Positions 35,673 to 50,209 are shown, counted from the first letter of the whole stretch. The stretch: 63,919 nucleotides of DNA, filler included, from Globobulimina sp. (GCA_003354225.1; 40 parts of 40 records of this genome joined end to end with filler, not necessarily neighbours in it), one strand, 5' to 3'. A program made the numbers and translations. Notes: a model not told the origin generated them from the sequence alone.

Positions 35673-36586
35673 TCAACCATGCGCAATATCTCTTCCATCC
35701 GCAATACGGTCATCACACTGTGACTTCCGCCCTAAACCTTGATAATCCACCCTAACACCATGATTTTCTTTATTTATAATCGATGATAATATACTTGCGC
35801 CATGGAAATCAGTCATCCAATCACTGTCGCCATATAATAATGGCTTGCTATCACCAGGAAATTGGAAATATTCACCACCAGGATTGTTTGGTGTATGTAA
35901 CCAATCATTCCATGCATTTGCTTCCTCCAACGACCGATTATTATACATTTGCATTCCACCAACATTTGCATCCTCCGACGTCATCCCAATCGCATACTCC
36001 TTTTTAATTTTTTTCCAAATCCGATTTGTTTTCGGCATAGACGCGTTTGCTAAATTTTTACCTCTGACCAATATACGACATTGATACGATCCCCATGAAT
36101 GAGCTTGGCGTAATAGCGATTTTGGCGTATCGATAGCTAAAGATGGTAGCGATTTTGATAAATAAAATAAATAACCTGCAAAATCTTCATCATTGAAGTC
36201 ATCTTCATATAATACAGGAAGATCTCCCCATATTGGTATATAATCAGGATAGGATATCAACCATGGTTTACTTTTTTCTAAACCGTGATCCTCTTCACTT
36301 GCCATACCATAATTTTTAACATACATATCGAATTGTAACCAATACGCGTGAAATGCTTCTTTTTCATCTTCGTCTAATTCATCTTCGTCTAATTCATCTT
36401 CGTCTAATTCATCGTTTAACAAATTTTCCTTGTTCTTGTTGTCAGCCATTGTGCCGTGATATGTTTCTTTTTCATCTTCTTCTGAGATTAACAAATTTTC
36501 CTTGTTCTTGTTGTCAGCCATTGTGTGTGGAGTAAGTAGGTTGAGTTTTTTGGTATTGTGGATGTCGTTTAATTTCGAACATGACA
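35673..36586 (-). CDS. Hypothetical protein with duplicated MADNKNKENLL and (DELDE)n
   Basis: Long open frame; internal ~34-bp duplication and 15-bp tandem repeat; start uncertain. Confidence 0.55.
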
Positions 36587-36954
36587 TTAAATAAAAAAAA
36601 ACACCGAGTGCAATCCCAGACAAATCACTTAAACAACATATAATTACCACAAAGCAAATATTAATAATTAACTTGAAGCGTAGATAACACTTTAGCACAA
36701 ATGTCATTTTCTTTCAATGCATGCNNNNNNNNNNNNNNNNNNNNNNNNNNNNNNNNNNNNNNNNNNNNTTAATTAATTAANNNNNNNNNNNNNNNNNNNN
36801 NNNNNNNNNNNNNNNNNNNNNNNNGTCGTTTATTTTTGTTTGGTGAAATCCACAATAAGCGTTTTTACGATAAAGCAAAACTGCAACAAAGAATAAAATG
36901 TGTTGCTACAAAAAAACTTAAGCTTCTCTTCGGAAATACCGTTGAAGCAGAAAC

Positions 36955-38324
36955 ATGGCTATTTCCAGACAAGTAATGTTGTATGTTTTAATGGTGTCCA
37001 CCATTTGTGGTCAATGGAACAGTTACACCAATCCTGCAGTCCCCAAAACCGATATGCAAATGGCTGTTGGTGTGTGGAACGGAAATGCATTTCTTGTGGG
37101 TACGTTAATTATTTATATACGACAAACAACCTTCGTCACATTTATTCAACTTTCAGACAGTGTGTGAAATTAAACATATAATAAATAATAAATATTCATA
37201 TATAAATACAAAAGGTGGCTATAACACAATTACAAGAAGGTCGGTGATAGAATTTGATGGTGACCAGTTTGATGACAAAGGAAATGATGCGTTACCTCGT
37301 GATACATGGGGTTATGGTGATTATTATGCTCAAATTGCAAATAATTTATTTATGATCGAGCCGACTGGTGTCTCTCTCAATGTATTTAATATGGCGGTTA
37401 CTATCAACCAATTTACATCCGATTTTGCCACCATTCCGTCGGATGTGAATGAGCAAAGCTGTTTAACTGCTGACAATGAGCGATTATTATTATTTGTCGT
37501 GGGGGGATCTTCAGTCTCGACTCTGGATACTGTTCAGATATTAGATATTGCGCAGATGTTATGGACAAATGGCATTCCAATGCAGACGGCGCGACGGCAA
37601 CATTCCTGTATTATAGACCCAGTCAGCAAGAAACTGTACGCCATCGCCGGAACGAATGGTACGGATCTAAACTCTGTGGAATTCATTGATACACTCATTA
37701 TGGATAAATGGGAGGATGTTGAGCCAGGGTTGACTGATAAAGCGGTATTAACTCGATCGATAATACATGAACAGATTATATATGTTGTTGGAGGATATTA
37801 TTATGATACAACAGGTCATTGGTTAGATACCGTACATCTAATCGATCCAACGCAAAATAGTATCACTTTATCGCCTGACCGACTATCTTATGGTGTATGG
37901 TGTGTTGCGTTATGTGTTATGAATAATGTTCTTCACGTTTTTGGTGGAAACGATAACTATGGATACACAAATAAATGGATGAAATACGCAATGTTAAGTC
38001 ACAAATGTGTCTGTCTTGTATATAAAATGTATATATAACATTATTTTTAGTCCATCCGCTACAAATAATCCGACACAAGTTCCAACAAATAAACCAACAT
38101 CAACTCCAACAAAAAAACCAACAGATAATCCAATACCATCACCAACACTTATTCCAACAAAAAACCCAATACTGGCTCCAACAGATAATCCAATACCGGC
38201 TCCTACATATATACCTACAACAGATGCTCCAACAACATATTCTCCAACATCTGTGCCAACTACATCTGCGCCAACGACTTATGCACCGACTTATGCGCCA
38301 ACAACATCTGCGCCAACAACATCT
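36955..38324 (+). CDS. Secreted kelch-repeat beta-propeller with Pro/Thr stalk; introns 37100-37214 and 37993-38050
   Basis: Signal peptide; LFVVGG, LYAIAG, IYVVGGY, LHVFGG kelch motifs; splicing restores the frame. Confidence 0.88.
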
Positions 38325-40252
38325 NNNNNNNNNNNNNNNNNNNNNNNNNNNNNNNNNNNNNNNNNNNNTTAATTAATTAANNNNNNNNNNNNNNNNNNNN
38401 NNNNNNNNNNNNNNNNNNNNNNNNTCTCCCCATGAAGTAAGTGGAAAACCACGCCTCCAGGGAAATGGAACACAGTTTGGGCGACAACTTGATAACTGAC
38501 AGTACAATACAGATACAAAATACAGGAATTCATATGGAATAATGATACAAAAAGTACCTAGCGTTACAGTTTATAGCACAATATTACAAGAATGGTAATT
38601 TTATAAAAGAATAGTTTTGTTGCCTAAGTTCGAAAGGTTTAAAATTTAAATAAGAGTTTGAAATTTAAATAAAATATAATAATATGATATGATCGTCTTT
38701 CCATGAGTCAAGTGGTAATACCAAAATCCAAATTGAAGTATCCATAAATCCAATGTGATGGTATCCAGCACAAAGCATCCATACTGTCATATCCAACCAT
38801 ATTTCCTCCTCCTGTGAAAAAGTGACATTTCCTGAAATGAACTAAATACATACGGCTGTTAAAAAAAATAAATAAATAAACCTACTCTGAAAGAAAAATA
38901 CGAAATATATTAAAGACTATTGTATATAAACTAGGGGGGTTATATGATATGAAAAGTTATAATAGTATGAAAAAATGTATAGTAATGCGTTACTGTATAC
39001 GGCCATATTATTGATAAAAGGAGAAAAATAAACAATACCTAAAAAGTGCCAGAAAAATAAGCACACAATAAATCGAAGAGAATCGTCCAGTCCATATATG
39101 ATAACAGCGTCTGTAGGTAGCGAATTTGCGTTGGCACTGTTTGCACACATATAGCCACATCATACTATGAGTAAAATGCCTGTAGGTTCGAATGCTAACC
39201 AATTGCAGCACTGGTCATGTAGCCATGGAAAGATCGAGCCTGTCATGGTTCATTAAATTGGATATGCCACATCATGTTAACCACAAGCAAATTTTGATCG
39301 AAAAATCGCAAAAAGTGAAAGTATAGTAATTTTAGTCTTAAAAACTATGGTAACCAGTTCTAGAAAGAATCGAGTGTATATATAATGGTACAATTAAAAA
39401 GCAATTACGGTACTTACAGAAATAGGGGGGTCCATTAAGCTTACTGTTTACCAGTGTTATTCGGACAGGATATCGGTCAAGATGGGAAAATCACAGCATT
39501 ATCCTTCCATCAACCAGATTGTCGGTATCAAAACAATCATCCATATCCAGTAAGCGAAGGGTCCAAAGCCAAGAGGGCACCCCTGCTAATGATCGATGTC
39601 TTTAAAAACGGTTCAGCACCAATAGTATGTACAGAAACAAGGACTGACACAGAATAACAGATACATTTATAGTGCCAATAAACAGAACAACAAATCAGGC
39701 AAGAGAAATGGATAAAATGAAAAAAGCAGATGTGCAACATAGTTTGTACAGTAACTCGTGCTAATAGTTTTACCAAAAGACTAATTACAATATGTGTTAC
39801 AGAGTGTCAGCAAGCGTTAACTCAGGATCAAAATATTCAAGATCCAACTTTGTCATTGTCCCTATCACAGTGTCAGAATGCAGTTATTAATGATCTAAAA
39901 ATACTGAAAAATGTGCAAAATGAANNNNNNNNNNNNNNNNNNNNNNNNNNNNNNNNNNNNNNNNNNNNTTAATTAATTAANNNNNNNNNNNNNNNNNNNN
40001 NNNNNNNNNNNNNNNNNNNNNNNNTATCTCTAAAGTTACAATAGAAACTCTTAAAATGATTACATGTTGAACAAAATTCACAACATGTTCAACATGTTGC
40101 TGACCCACAGAATGAAAATCTCTTAGAAAGTGTCCACACTCTTAAGATATTAGAGAAGTTTTTGGAAACATTGAGACAACCTTCTTTTGCATTGCTTCGT
40201 TGCTTCATTACTTGTGTGAGGACTGAGGACTGAGGACATAATAATTAAAAGA

Positions 40253-41524
40253 ATGGTTTCTTTAATTTTAATTTTATTTTTATTTTTATTTGTAATTGAT
40301 GAGAATTGTGGAGAAAAGGTGCGAGGAACTGTAAATGTTGCAGATAGTGAAGGCTTTTCATTTTTGGGTAAGTTTTGTTTTCAATATTTGGAGTCAAAGA
40401 ATTTCACACATTTTGGAGCAGCCGCTGGCAGCGTCGATATTGAATTAAGCAATAAAGGAGAACAAGGATCAGATAGCTATGTATTAGTAATGTACGACGA
40501 TCAGGAAAATTCATGGGACAAAGTGTACAAAAAAGGGTTGAGCTGCACTCAGAAAATCGAAGGTAATTACAAGCGATTGGAGGAGCATATTGAATTAGAG
40601 GCGGACTCCTCGTTCGATAAAACAATAAGTATTCATCAACATATTCGTCCCCGATGGTGGTGGTTATATTTAGCAAACTGTGCGGCTTACGAGAATGCGG
40701 CGAGTCGCGCCAATTTGACTTCGATTGATTTTGAATTGCATTTTACGCAGAATGTGAGTGCTTGGTTGAAGGTGGAGGTCGGGGCAAACGACCAGGGCTT
40801 GAATATAATGTTCAGCGTTTACTTGGGAGTTTACATCATTTTGTTCGGGCTGCAGTTGTATGCGTATTATGTGTACACAATCCAGCAATACATCCATCAG
40901 GTCATCAAATTGCTGACGGCCACCATCGGGCTGCAATTATTCGCCGTGGCCTTCCATTTCGCGGATTGGCTCTTGTTTTCCGAGAGCGGCGAACATGAGA
41001 TTTTCTTCCCAATCATCGCCTCCTTGTGCGAGATCATGGCGTCGTCGGTGTTTTTGCTGTTATTAATGGTGTTGGCTCAGGGATGGACCGTGTCGCGCTT
41101 CGAGGTGATTTATCCCAAATTGCTGTTAGGTTCGGTCATCGCCACCGCCGTCATCCAATGCGTTTTGTATATTTGGTTGTTGATCGGCTTAGACGCTCAG
41201 AGTACGACTTTCATTTACAACTCGACGCCGCAATATATTTACGGCTCCGTCTTTATTATCATTGGCTTCATCTTTATCGCGCAATGCGTCATTTCGTACA
41301 AGAATGAGCCGTTAGACTCGAAGCGGAATTTGTATGTCTTATTATGTATTTTTTTTAGTGTCTGGTTTTTGTGGCCGTTATTTCGGATCGTGGTCGGCGA
41401 CTCTTTTAAGCCATGGAACCGCGACACCGCCATCCAATCCATTTCATTGACCCTCAACTCTTTGACTTATTTTATTATGATGTTGTTGATGTGGCCAAGT
41501 TGGGCTCATCAATATTTTAATTTT
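40253..41524 (+). CDS. GPR180/TMEM145-family 7TM protein, 3'-truncated
   Basis: FSFLGKFCF, RPRWWWLYLANC, LLMVLAQGWTVSR, seven TM segments. Confidence 0.88.
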
Positions 41525-41671
41525 NNNNNNNNNNNNNNNNNNNNNNNNNNNNNNNNNNNNNNNNNNNNTTAATTAATTAANNNNNNNNNNNNNNNNNNNN
41601 NNNNNNNNNNNNNNNNNNNNNNNNGTTCATCATCCAAATCAATATCAATCCATTCAATGATTGGTTGTGGT

Positions 41672-41983
41672 TTAAACACTTAATTGGATAAACATAGCTG
41701 TTCCATTACAATCTGCTGCTTCATTATTACATTGGTTCATGATTCTACAGTCAATCACATAATCTCCATTTCGTTTTGGGACACATATCGATGCAAAAGA
41801 AACGACTGGTGACGATGTGGTTGAATGAGTAATGGCTGTGCCATGATGCTTGGACCATGGTACTGTTCCTTTATTATGTCCATCAATACCAACTTGTTTA
41901 CCATCAATAAATATGCCTACATCTAATCTTGCTGCCGTTGTTTGCACCTTTCCATGACCATGAACCGTTATGATTACATCCAC
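41672..41983 (-). CDS. Small beta-rich hypothetical domain
   Basis: Open frame of about 100 codons; no family recognised. Confidence 0.35.
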   Translation of the reverse strand: MDVIITVHGHGKVQTTAARLDVGIFIDGKQVGIDGHNKGTVPWSKHHGTAITHSTTSSPVVSFASICVPKRNGDYVIDCRIMNQCNNEAADCNGTAMFIQLSV

Positions 41984-42267
41984 ACAATCTTGTGTGACTT
42001 TAAGTGTTTGTTGTAATCATGGCATCATGACCCATTGTTTTGATCTTGCTGTGACAGAATGAACTGTTGGCAATAAGCGATACATATCCATCGGTTTTCT
42101 ATTTGTAATTGATATTTCGTGCATCTGTTGACGTTGTTTTTTTTCTTCCTCCATGTTGCGCGTTGTTGAGAATTTTCTGTGAGGCAGTAATAAAAACGAA
42201 AGATTAGAAACGAAATCAAAAAAACAAAAAGTCCTATGATATTTACAATATCAGCAACAAAAACATT

Positions 42268-43124
42268 TCATGGTAAATCCTCAGTTTTATCAACATCATT
42301 ACCAACATTCCCTTTCAAATTCTCACTCTCATTCTCATTATCTCCTTGCTCGTCAATTGAAGCCATAGTATTGACATGATTTACCTCTTCAATGTCCTCA
42401 TTATAATCCACTTCCACACACAATTCATCCGCAACCATCAACCATCGATTATATCCATTACCACCCATCCCACCATTCGGTACCGACAACCTTATCACAT
42501 CCGCATTACACGCAACCGCCAAATCAATACAATATACATTTTGCGCATTTCCATTACAACTCCCACCGCCATCCATCATCAACACCATCCGATCCCTCCC
42601 TTTACTCCCATTGCATTCCCGTACCATATTGCTGATATCCAATGCCTTCGTCAATGTAAACATCTCACAAATCGCCAAACAAACACCATTGCTCCAACCA
42701 TAACTGATCCCTTTTTTAATTACATCCACTTTATTCGCATACAATTTATTCCCCACAATGACAACCTCTCCGTTTGTTTTTTCCGTTTGGAATTGGATCT
42801 GTTTATCATTTAACAGCGCATACGTTTCCCCGTCGCCGTCATACAACGGATCCTCTAAATATTTTACATTATATCTCTCCATTAAGCCGTTAAAATATTC
42901 AATAATATCGTCCTTTGTTTTTATATCCCCATTCAAAACATAATTCCCTTCCTTATCATATCGAAGAATGTGCGGATTGCTTGAAAATGATAAACATAAC
43001 GAGACATCTCGCAATATCTTATAATTCCCAATGGCTTTGTGCATCAAACTCAATAATGATTCCATATCTTTACAGTCCGCATCCTCCAACAAAATCGCAC
43101 CATTATTCCTATCAAAACAGACAT
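42268..43124 (-). CDS. Enolase-like protein with degenerate active site (ENO4-like), 5'-truncated
   Basis: YNVKYLEDPL, VIVGNKLY, CIDLAVA, YNRWLMVADEL align to the enolase C-terminal barrel. Confidence 0.75.
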
Positions 43125-43302
43125 NNNNNNNNNNNNNNNNNNNNNNNNNNNNNNNNNNNNNNNNNNNNTTAATTAATTAANNNNNNNNNNNNNNNNNNNN
43201 NNNNNNNNNNNNNNNNNNNNNNNNTATTAATAAAATGTTATCTTTTAACATTTTATTTATAACCTATTTTCCTTCCAAAACTTCTCATTATTAATTAACA
43301 TA

Positions 43303-44724
43303 ATGGCATCTTTGTTGCTTGAAAAACATCAAAACTTAATGAAACAATGGCATGATATTTGCAGCTCCAATCACGAACAAATAATCAGTTTTTTCAGATC
43401 TCATAAAGAAGATATATTATCTTCAGGTTCAGCATGGTTTCTTCAACCATTAATTAAAAACGATTCTATCGAAACTACAAAATGTATAATACTACAAATT
43501 GATAATGCCAAATACAGACAAGGACCATTCTCTTGTCCTCTGGGAATGGCGTGTCAGCGAGGAACATTCCGAATGATTAGATTGCTTGTTACCAACGGTG
43601 CTGTATTTCCTGATGTCATAGGAGGTGGATTAATACATTGTTTGATAAATCTTAATGACAAAAACATGACTACAGATGAAATGTATTTAGCAGTAGAATA
43701 TTTATTAACTAATTCAAATGGTAAAATACGTTCTGATAATATTATCCACACATTGTCAAAGTCACACGCTACCAATGCACAATTTGATTGTATTAAAATG
43801 GCAAAATTGATTCAAAGTAAAATACCAAATTTTAAAAATAAGTTTACTCAATGTTTATCGGATGCAGTTAATGCACAAAACATTGATTTTGCAGATTATC
43901 TGATTGATAATGGCGCAAAGTTTATACGTGGGTTTTCAAAAATTAGTAGCTAATCACAGTCCAAATGATTTGATAATTAAATGGTTATTGAAAAATAATT
44001 TTGATATAAATGAAAAGTACCAGAACAATAAAGGAGAAATAACACCTTTTTTTGAATGTTGTATTGGTAAAAGATATGATACCATGGAATCATTATTAAA
44101 GCATGGTGCTGATATACATAAAAAGTGTATCTATGAAAATAAAGAAATCACTCCATTGGAATATTGTAAACATGAGTTTCCAAAAAAATATTATGAATTT
44201 TTCAAAAATTATAAAAGGAAAAAAAATGATGCTATGTTATTTGGAATTGATTTTTCAAATATTCCAAACTCAGCATATCAAGTTAATTGGTCATCGAATG
44301 ATGATATATTACTAAATGAAATTAATAATAAATATTTGATGCAAAAACAAGAAATTAGTGATTTAGAAGAAAAATTAAATATAAAATATAATATATTAAG
44401 AAAATTATTTATTGAACAAACAGAGATTGCAACGAAAAAAAGATGTTTTACAATGGCGAAAAATAGAAAATGTGTGGTTGGAATTTTTATCTCATTGGAA
44501 AAAATGGGATATTTTATGTTTTATTGAGTATTTAAAACGAATTAAGTACGTAGAAAAATCATATAATGAATACTATTCAACTGACAATTTGTGTAAGCAA
44601 AAAATCGAAAATTATATCAAAAGTAAATTTAATGAAGAAAAAAATAATGATGATAACACCGCGTATTTTAGCGGGAGTCATTTATTGAACTTTGATAAAT
44701 TGGCAATAAATAATATTGGTATTA
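43303..44724 (+). pseudogene. Ankyrin-repeat protein with two frameshifts (about 43935 and 44440)
   Basis: CPLGMACQRG...LLVTNGA, YLIDNGA, TPFFECC...LLKHGAD, TPLEY; three overlapping ORFs. Confidence 0.7.
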
Positions 44725-44824
44725 NNNNNNNNNNNNNNNNNNNNNNNNNNNNNNNNNNNNNNNNNNNNTTAATTAATTAANNNNNNNNNNNNNNNNNNNN
44801 NNNNNNNNNNNNNNNNNNNNNNNN

Positions 44825-45144
44825 TAACCTTTTCAGGCATATTCAATGATAATAATCACTTGCTTTGTAAAATTAATTTACCGCTGAAGTTGCCACATAG
44901 TAAAATATTGGATGAACATAACAATTTTATCGCGCAAATGCATTGTTTATTTAATAAGTATGTAGATGTTGGCAGCGAATATGAAATAAATATATCCGGA
45001 GAAGAACGTAGTTTGCTGATGAAAATATTTGCAAACATTGAAAATATTCAATGCAAAGAAAATTATTTGTTTAATATTATGGATGCGGCATGTATTGAGA
45101 TATTAGGATTGTGTTATAGTTCCTATGTAAAATTTACTGATTAA
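44825..45144 (+). CDS. RGS domain, C-terminal fragment
   Basis: LFNKYVDVGSEYEINISG...IMDAACIEILGL. Confidence 0.8.
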
Positions 45145-45604
45145 ATTAGTTTGACTGTTTTGACTCAGCGCTGTGCCTCGCACATCTGTGTGGATGTGGT
45201 GGGTGCAGTGTTTACGCGTATACAATATATCAAAGCATAGCAGTTGGGTAAAATGTTTAATTTCACCCACTTTCTGTGTCTAATTTTTTGTTTTTTATGT
45301 TGTGAAGTTTAATATCACAATGTTTTGTGTGTCTGTTTTTATGTATTGTGAATGTGTGATATTTATTGTTGCCTCTCATGTGATGTAAAGTAATTAAATA
45401 AATATATCCTTTTGTATGTTAATTGATGTGACGATTATTTCAGACGAAGTGACTAGTTTCATCGAAACAGAGACTTACTGTTTACCATAATAGTGGTTCA
45501 ATTTAACATTTCAAGAATTTTCTGTTTATGGCAGTTAGTACTTCAAATTACAGAAAATCGAAAATTCAAAAATTCAAAAATTATCATGCAGCACAACATG
45601 AACA

Positions 45605-46270
45605 TTATTTCTTTTCCATTTCCATCTCAATCATCATGAAGTGTGCAGATGGTCCGCGTCCATCATCGTCCACTTTATAGATTGCAACAATATTTAACAT
45701 AGCACAGCCATATAATCTGACAGCAGCTCTTGTCTCCAATTCAACCGTACCATTTATTCTAACACTGCCTTCAGGGCATACTAAATAAGCTTGTCTGTCC
45801 TCCTTCAATTCATACCGTATACAGCGTCCATAATCCAATTCACTGACAAATACATTGATATCTTGATGAAAGCGTATCGGTACATTGTCTTTTCCATCAC
45901 CATTAATTTCCCCATCATTATACTCACCATTTATAACATGAAATAACTTATTCTTTCTTTGCGACTCTTTAACTGAAAGAGAGCCATATCGCACAGCTAA
46001 ATTTTTCTTATTTGGATAGATCCACGTTTGTAGAAAACGACATTGTTTTTTTTTATCATGATTTAATTCGCTGTGCCAAACACCTGAACCCGCAGACATA
46101 TATTGAAAATCTCCTCTATTCAACGTTTGTTTATTTCCTTTGCTATCCGCATGAGACAAATGTCCGCTTAATATGTAACTAAATATCTCCTGATCACGAT
46201 GTGGATGAGAACCAAAACCATTCTCTGGTTCAACGATATCATCATTTAATACATGCAATTTGCCAAATCA
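45605..46270 (-). CDS. Pirin family protein (YhhW-like), 5'-truncated
   Basis: VLNDD...GFGSHPHRDQEIFSY...HADS...QYMSAGSGVWHSE...FLQTW. Confidence 0.92.
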
Positions 46271-46808
46271 TCGTAGCATAGACATCAATTCTGATCATTT
46301 AAGGGGTATTAGGCTAATACTCCANNNNNNNNNNNNNNNNNNNNNNNNNNNNNNNNNNNNNNNNNNNNTTAATTAATTAANNNNNNNNNNNNNNNNNNNN
46401 NNNNNNNNNNNNNNNNNNNNNNNNATGCCTGCGCGAATGGAAAAGTCCGATGGAGACCGCAAGCTCCTTGTAAACATAAAGCTCCTTGTAATCAAGATAA
46501 AAACCTATTTGATAAGGAACGACTACTGCACTCTCCCAAGTCGAAAGGGCGTAAAAAACTAAAGCATGCAAGTGCGTCTGAGTCTCATTAAATTATGATG
46601 TAATTTCTGGTCAAAGTTCAATTACGCACTTCAAGTTTACCAAATTAGCAGTTTTCAGCAAATTAGATATCATCGAGGATATAAGAAAGAGAATTAGAGA
46701 CATCTACTGTATACATCTATTGTCAATTTAAGCGCTACTTTTAAACTATATTCAAATTTGACTTATCCCTTCTATTATCTTGTCATTCTTCTTGTTTATA
46801 CTGTCATT

Positions 46809-47714
46809 ATGTCTAGTGTTTGCTCATTAAAGTACCCAGCTCAGAACCGTGTATGGTTAGTTGGAGAAACTCGTACAATTTACCCAATTGATTGGTTCAC
46901 CAGGTCTGAGATATACGTCCTCACTTCCTTACAAGTGTGTTTACTACTCATTAATAGTGTTGTATCATATGTTATTTTCCTCAATCTTTTAGGATGTATT
47001 TAAGAAAGCCCTGATAGATGAACAATTAATGATGCTTGATCCAGAACCTGTTGAGTTTACTGTAGATGTCAATAGCAAAACTCCACTTCCTGTGTTAATA
47101 AGGTAATACTTACTTAACCATATCATATCATATCATGGTATTTAAACCATGAAAGTATTACAAAGCTGCATGAAACAACTCAGATATCATCGACCATGCC
47201 ATATTATATCATGACATAGTATGTTATACCATGCTGTATCATGCCTTATTCATCCTAGCTAATATTTAAGTCTAATAATTGTCTTTGTAGGTATAACAAT
47301 GCCTTGTACCGTGGACTGGTTGTGAGTACAGCTGTAACCTCTGAAGATGTAATGTGCACTTTTGTGGATGAGAACAGAAGTATGATGTTTTTCCCAAAAA
47401 GTGACATTTTTGAAACAACATCAGAAATAGTCCAAATGGCTCCACCCCTTGCTTACCCTGTCTCTTGCATATCGATGGTCAGTGATCAAGAATTCAATTA
47501 TAATATGCAGTACGATCTACTGGGGTTTGCTGAATTTGGATATGGTATACAAGCAAGAAAAATTCGTGAATATACATATCAAAATTTACTCTACTCTGAA
47601 GTCGGTATGATATTCAGAGATTTTGAATACAATGAGGTACAGTCCCTCGAAGAAATTGCCATCGCAGCTGTAACCAATAGAAAGGGATTACCTCCGATGT
47701 TTTTAAAATTGTAA
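46809..47714 (+). CDS. Extended Tudor-domain protein; introns 46935-46992 and 47103-47290
   Basis: Spliced product ...LIRYNNALYRGLVV...VMCTFVDE...PPLAYPVS resembles Tudor YRG...FVDYG...LPPQA. Confidence 0.6.
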
Positions 47715-48858
47715 AAGTCTATATAATATTATGCTTATATATAAGTATGATGGAAATAAACAACTTTTTTATAGTAAACATGTAAAATGTGGAACATACA
47801 ACAATATTTTAATATAAAGTATAAGTAAATTAAGCCTGCTTCTATGTCTAACAAAACTTGACAGTTGCTGAGAATATGTAGAACAGTAAAGTATATGAAA
47901 CAGCCGTATTTAAAAAAAAAAACANNNNNNNNNNNNNNNNNNNNNNNNNNNNNNNNNNNNNNNNNNNNTTAATTAATTAANNNNNNNNNNNNNNNNNNNN
48001 NNNNNNNNNNNNNNNNNNNNNNNNAGAAATCTTAACAAACACTGATAATGAGGTTGGTATTCAAGAATATAATGAAATTTTAATCAAATCACAAGAATAT
48101 ATCAAGACAAAAAGAATGAGAAAAAAGGGGTGTAAGACAAACGGATTTGATGACAGTATAAACTTTGGAATAAACTTTGGAATCGTATTTTCATGACTCT
48201 GTCGGGAAATCAGCAAAAAGGGGGAAATTAAAATATATTAAAAGCGTGTATATCAAATTATGAAATGCGAGATAAGATACACTAATTCAAACAACAAAAC
48301 CAGAATGTAAATTTAATGAACAATGTAGTGAATGTACGTTATTACAACAGAAACGCAAATTATATATTGCTGCAAAAGTAGTTGATGATAAGAGTTAGTT
48401 TTTTATTGTTTCGCAGGATGTTGGTATTCAACTAATTCAAGCAACTAAAACAAATAGATAACAAATACACATTTCCAGTGTTTGTTAAATAAAATTGAAG
48501 CATTTTTAGTTTATTTCTTAAAAGTAATGGATTGAATTGAATTGAATTTCTTTTTTTCAATTATCGTCGATGAGAGCAAAATGGTGCTAATTAAATTAAA
48601 CTACAAAAACAAACACCACATTAAAAGATTAATAAATTTTCACACAAAAATACATAATGAAGTGTAACAAACAAATTAATTTATATATAACACACAACAA
48701 AAACAAACAAGACACCACACACACACAGTCGCATTAATTTAATTTGAATATTTTAAAAAATACACAACAATATGCATTAATTTGAATAAATTCCGAGCAA
48801 AAAAAACACAAAAGTTTGCATGCAATAATTATTTTTTCTATTTAACATTTTATTAATT

Positions 48859-49524
48859 TTATTTTTTTTTAATTTTAGCAATAATTAATTGTGGCATTGA
48901 GATATCATATTTCTTCCATCCAAAACAAGAAATTTTCCATCCAATCGCTTCAAACATTGCCTTAAAATCTTTGCTTACACTTTTTAAGCGTAATTCCGTT
49001 GTATTTGGTTCGCCAATCGATATTCGCTCCAATTTGTTGTCATTGTCGCCACCAAATTCCTTCAAAATATACGACAAAGTAATCATTCGCTCGCGACTCA
49101 ATTTCAACGCATAATGTTCCGCGCCATGCAACGGCAAAATGGACAAATATTTAATATTAACAAACAATTTACATAAAACCTTCCATTTGATCCAATCTCT
49201 ATTTTCCGTAAAAAAAAAATGCTGCACATGTTGGTAATCATTGTTCATCGAATATAAATCAAACTGAATATGATAAGACATTGAATTTTGAACGAAATGG
49301 TTAAAAGCTTGATAGATATAATCAGCAATTTGCACGGATGAATATCGGCCGATACTTGCATAAATGCCATGGAATTTGGCGTTTCTTTCTTTTTTCAATT
49401 GGTGCTCAATTAAGTCACTCATCGCATTTTGGACGGCGGCGTGCTTCGCATCATAATGCTTGTAATGTGGAATCGGAATGGGATTACCCGACAACATCTC
49501 CTCTATGCGCGAGATGGCCGAGAT
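48859..49524 (-). CDS. Protist hypothetical protein, C-terminal fragment
   Basis: Open frame; IKWKVLCKLFVNIKYLSI resembles the tail at 7740-7810. Confidence 0.55.
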   Translation of the reverse strand: MSAISRIEEMLSGNPIPIPHYKHYDAKHAAVQNAMSDLIEHQLKKERNAKFHGIYASIGRYSSVQIADYIYQAFNHFVQNSMSYHIQFDLYSMNNDYQHVQHFFFTENRDWIKWKVLCKLFVNIKYLSILPLHGAEHYALKLSRERMITLSYILKEFGGDNDNKLERISIGEPNTTELRLKSVSKDFKAMFEAIGWKISCFGWKKYDISMPQLIIAKIKKK

Positions 49525-49624
49525 NNNNNNNNNNNNNNNNNNNNNNNNNNNNNNNNNNNNNNNNNNNNTTAATTAATTAANNNNNNNNNNNNNNNNNNNN
49601 NNNNNNNNNNNNNNNNNNNNNNNN

Positions 49625-50209
49625 ACCATCCCATTCTCCATACAATGATAATATAAAAAATAAAATTAATAATAATACAATAATGCGAAACATATTTCGC
49701 AATGTAAGTCTGTGTCAAAGCAATGTGATTATAAACAATTTTTATGAAGCAATTTATCTAAAAAAATGCAAAACAAAATACCTCCTTTTTTTGCCAATAT
49801 ATTTATACCGAGGATTAATAAATGGATTTTGAATAATTTGTGATAAATTTAATATAATACATAAGGTCATGATATATTTTGCGAAAACAAATGTTATTGA
49901 TGTTAATCTGATAAATGAAGAACATGAATTAATGAGTGATGGTAAAGAGGTATAATAATTATTTGATAGTATATATAGAAATATAGAATGGATAAAACAT
50001 ATAAATATTGATAGCATCGCAAGTCTGTGTAATGGTATCGTTGCTGTAGAATACCAATTTCGTTTTTGTTGATATTGAAAACAATACAGCAAAAATAACA
50101 TGAATGTATAAAATATTGCAATAACAGGTATCACTTCATCTGCACTATGTGCTATTTTTAATCCATGTTTTGAAAATGTAGTATATGGATACAATGGTAA
50201 TTCATCCAT
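49625..50209 (-). CDS. Multi-pass (7TM-like) membrane protein, 3'-partial
   Basis: Hydrophobic helices; likely continues past an intron or frameshift. Confidence 0.5.

Noticed and set aside
38425..39924. Short ORFs including a CKQC motif
   Set aside because: No complete zinc finger or consistent exon chain; treated as mostly non-coding
45605..46270. Pirin as recent bacterial gene transfer or contamination
   Set aside because: AT content matches the host-like flank beside an RGS gene, and YhhW-like pirins are common in eukaryotes; a phylogeny would be needed
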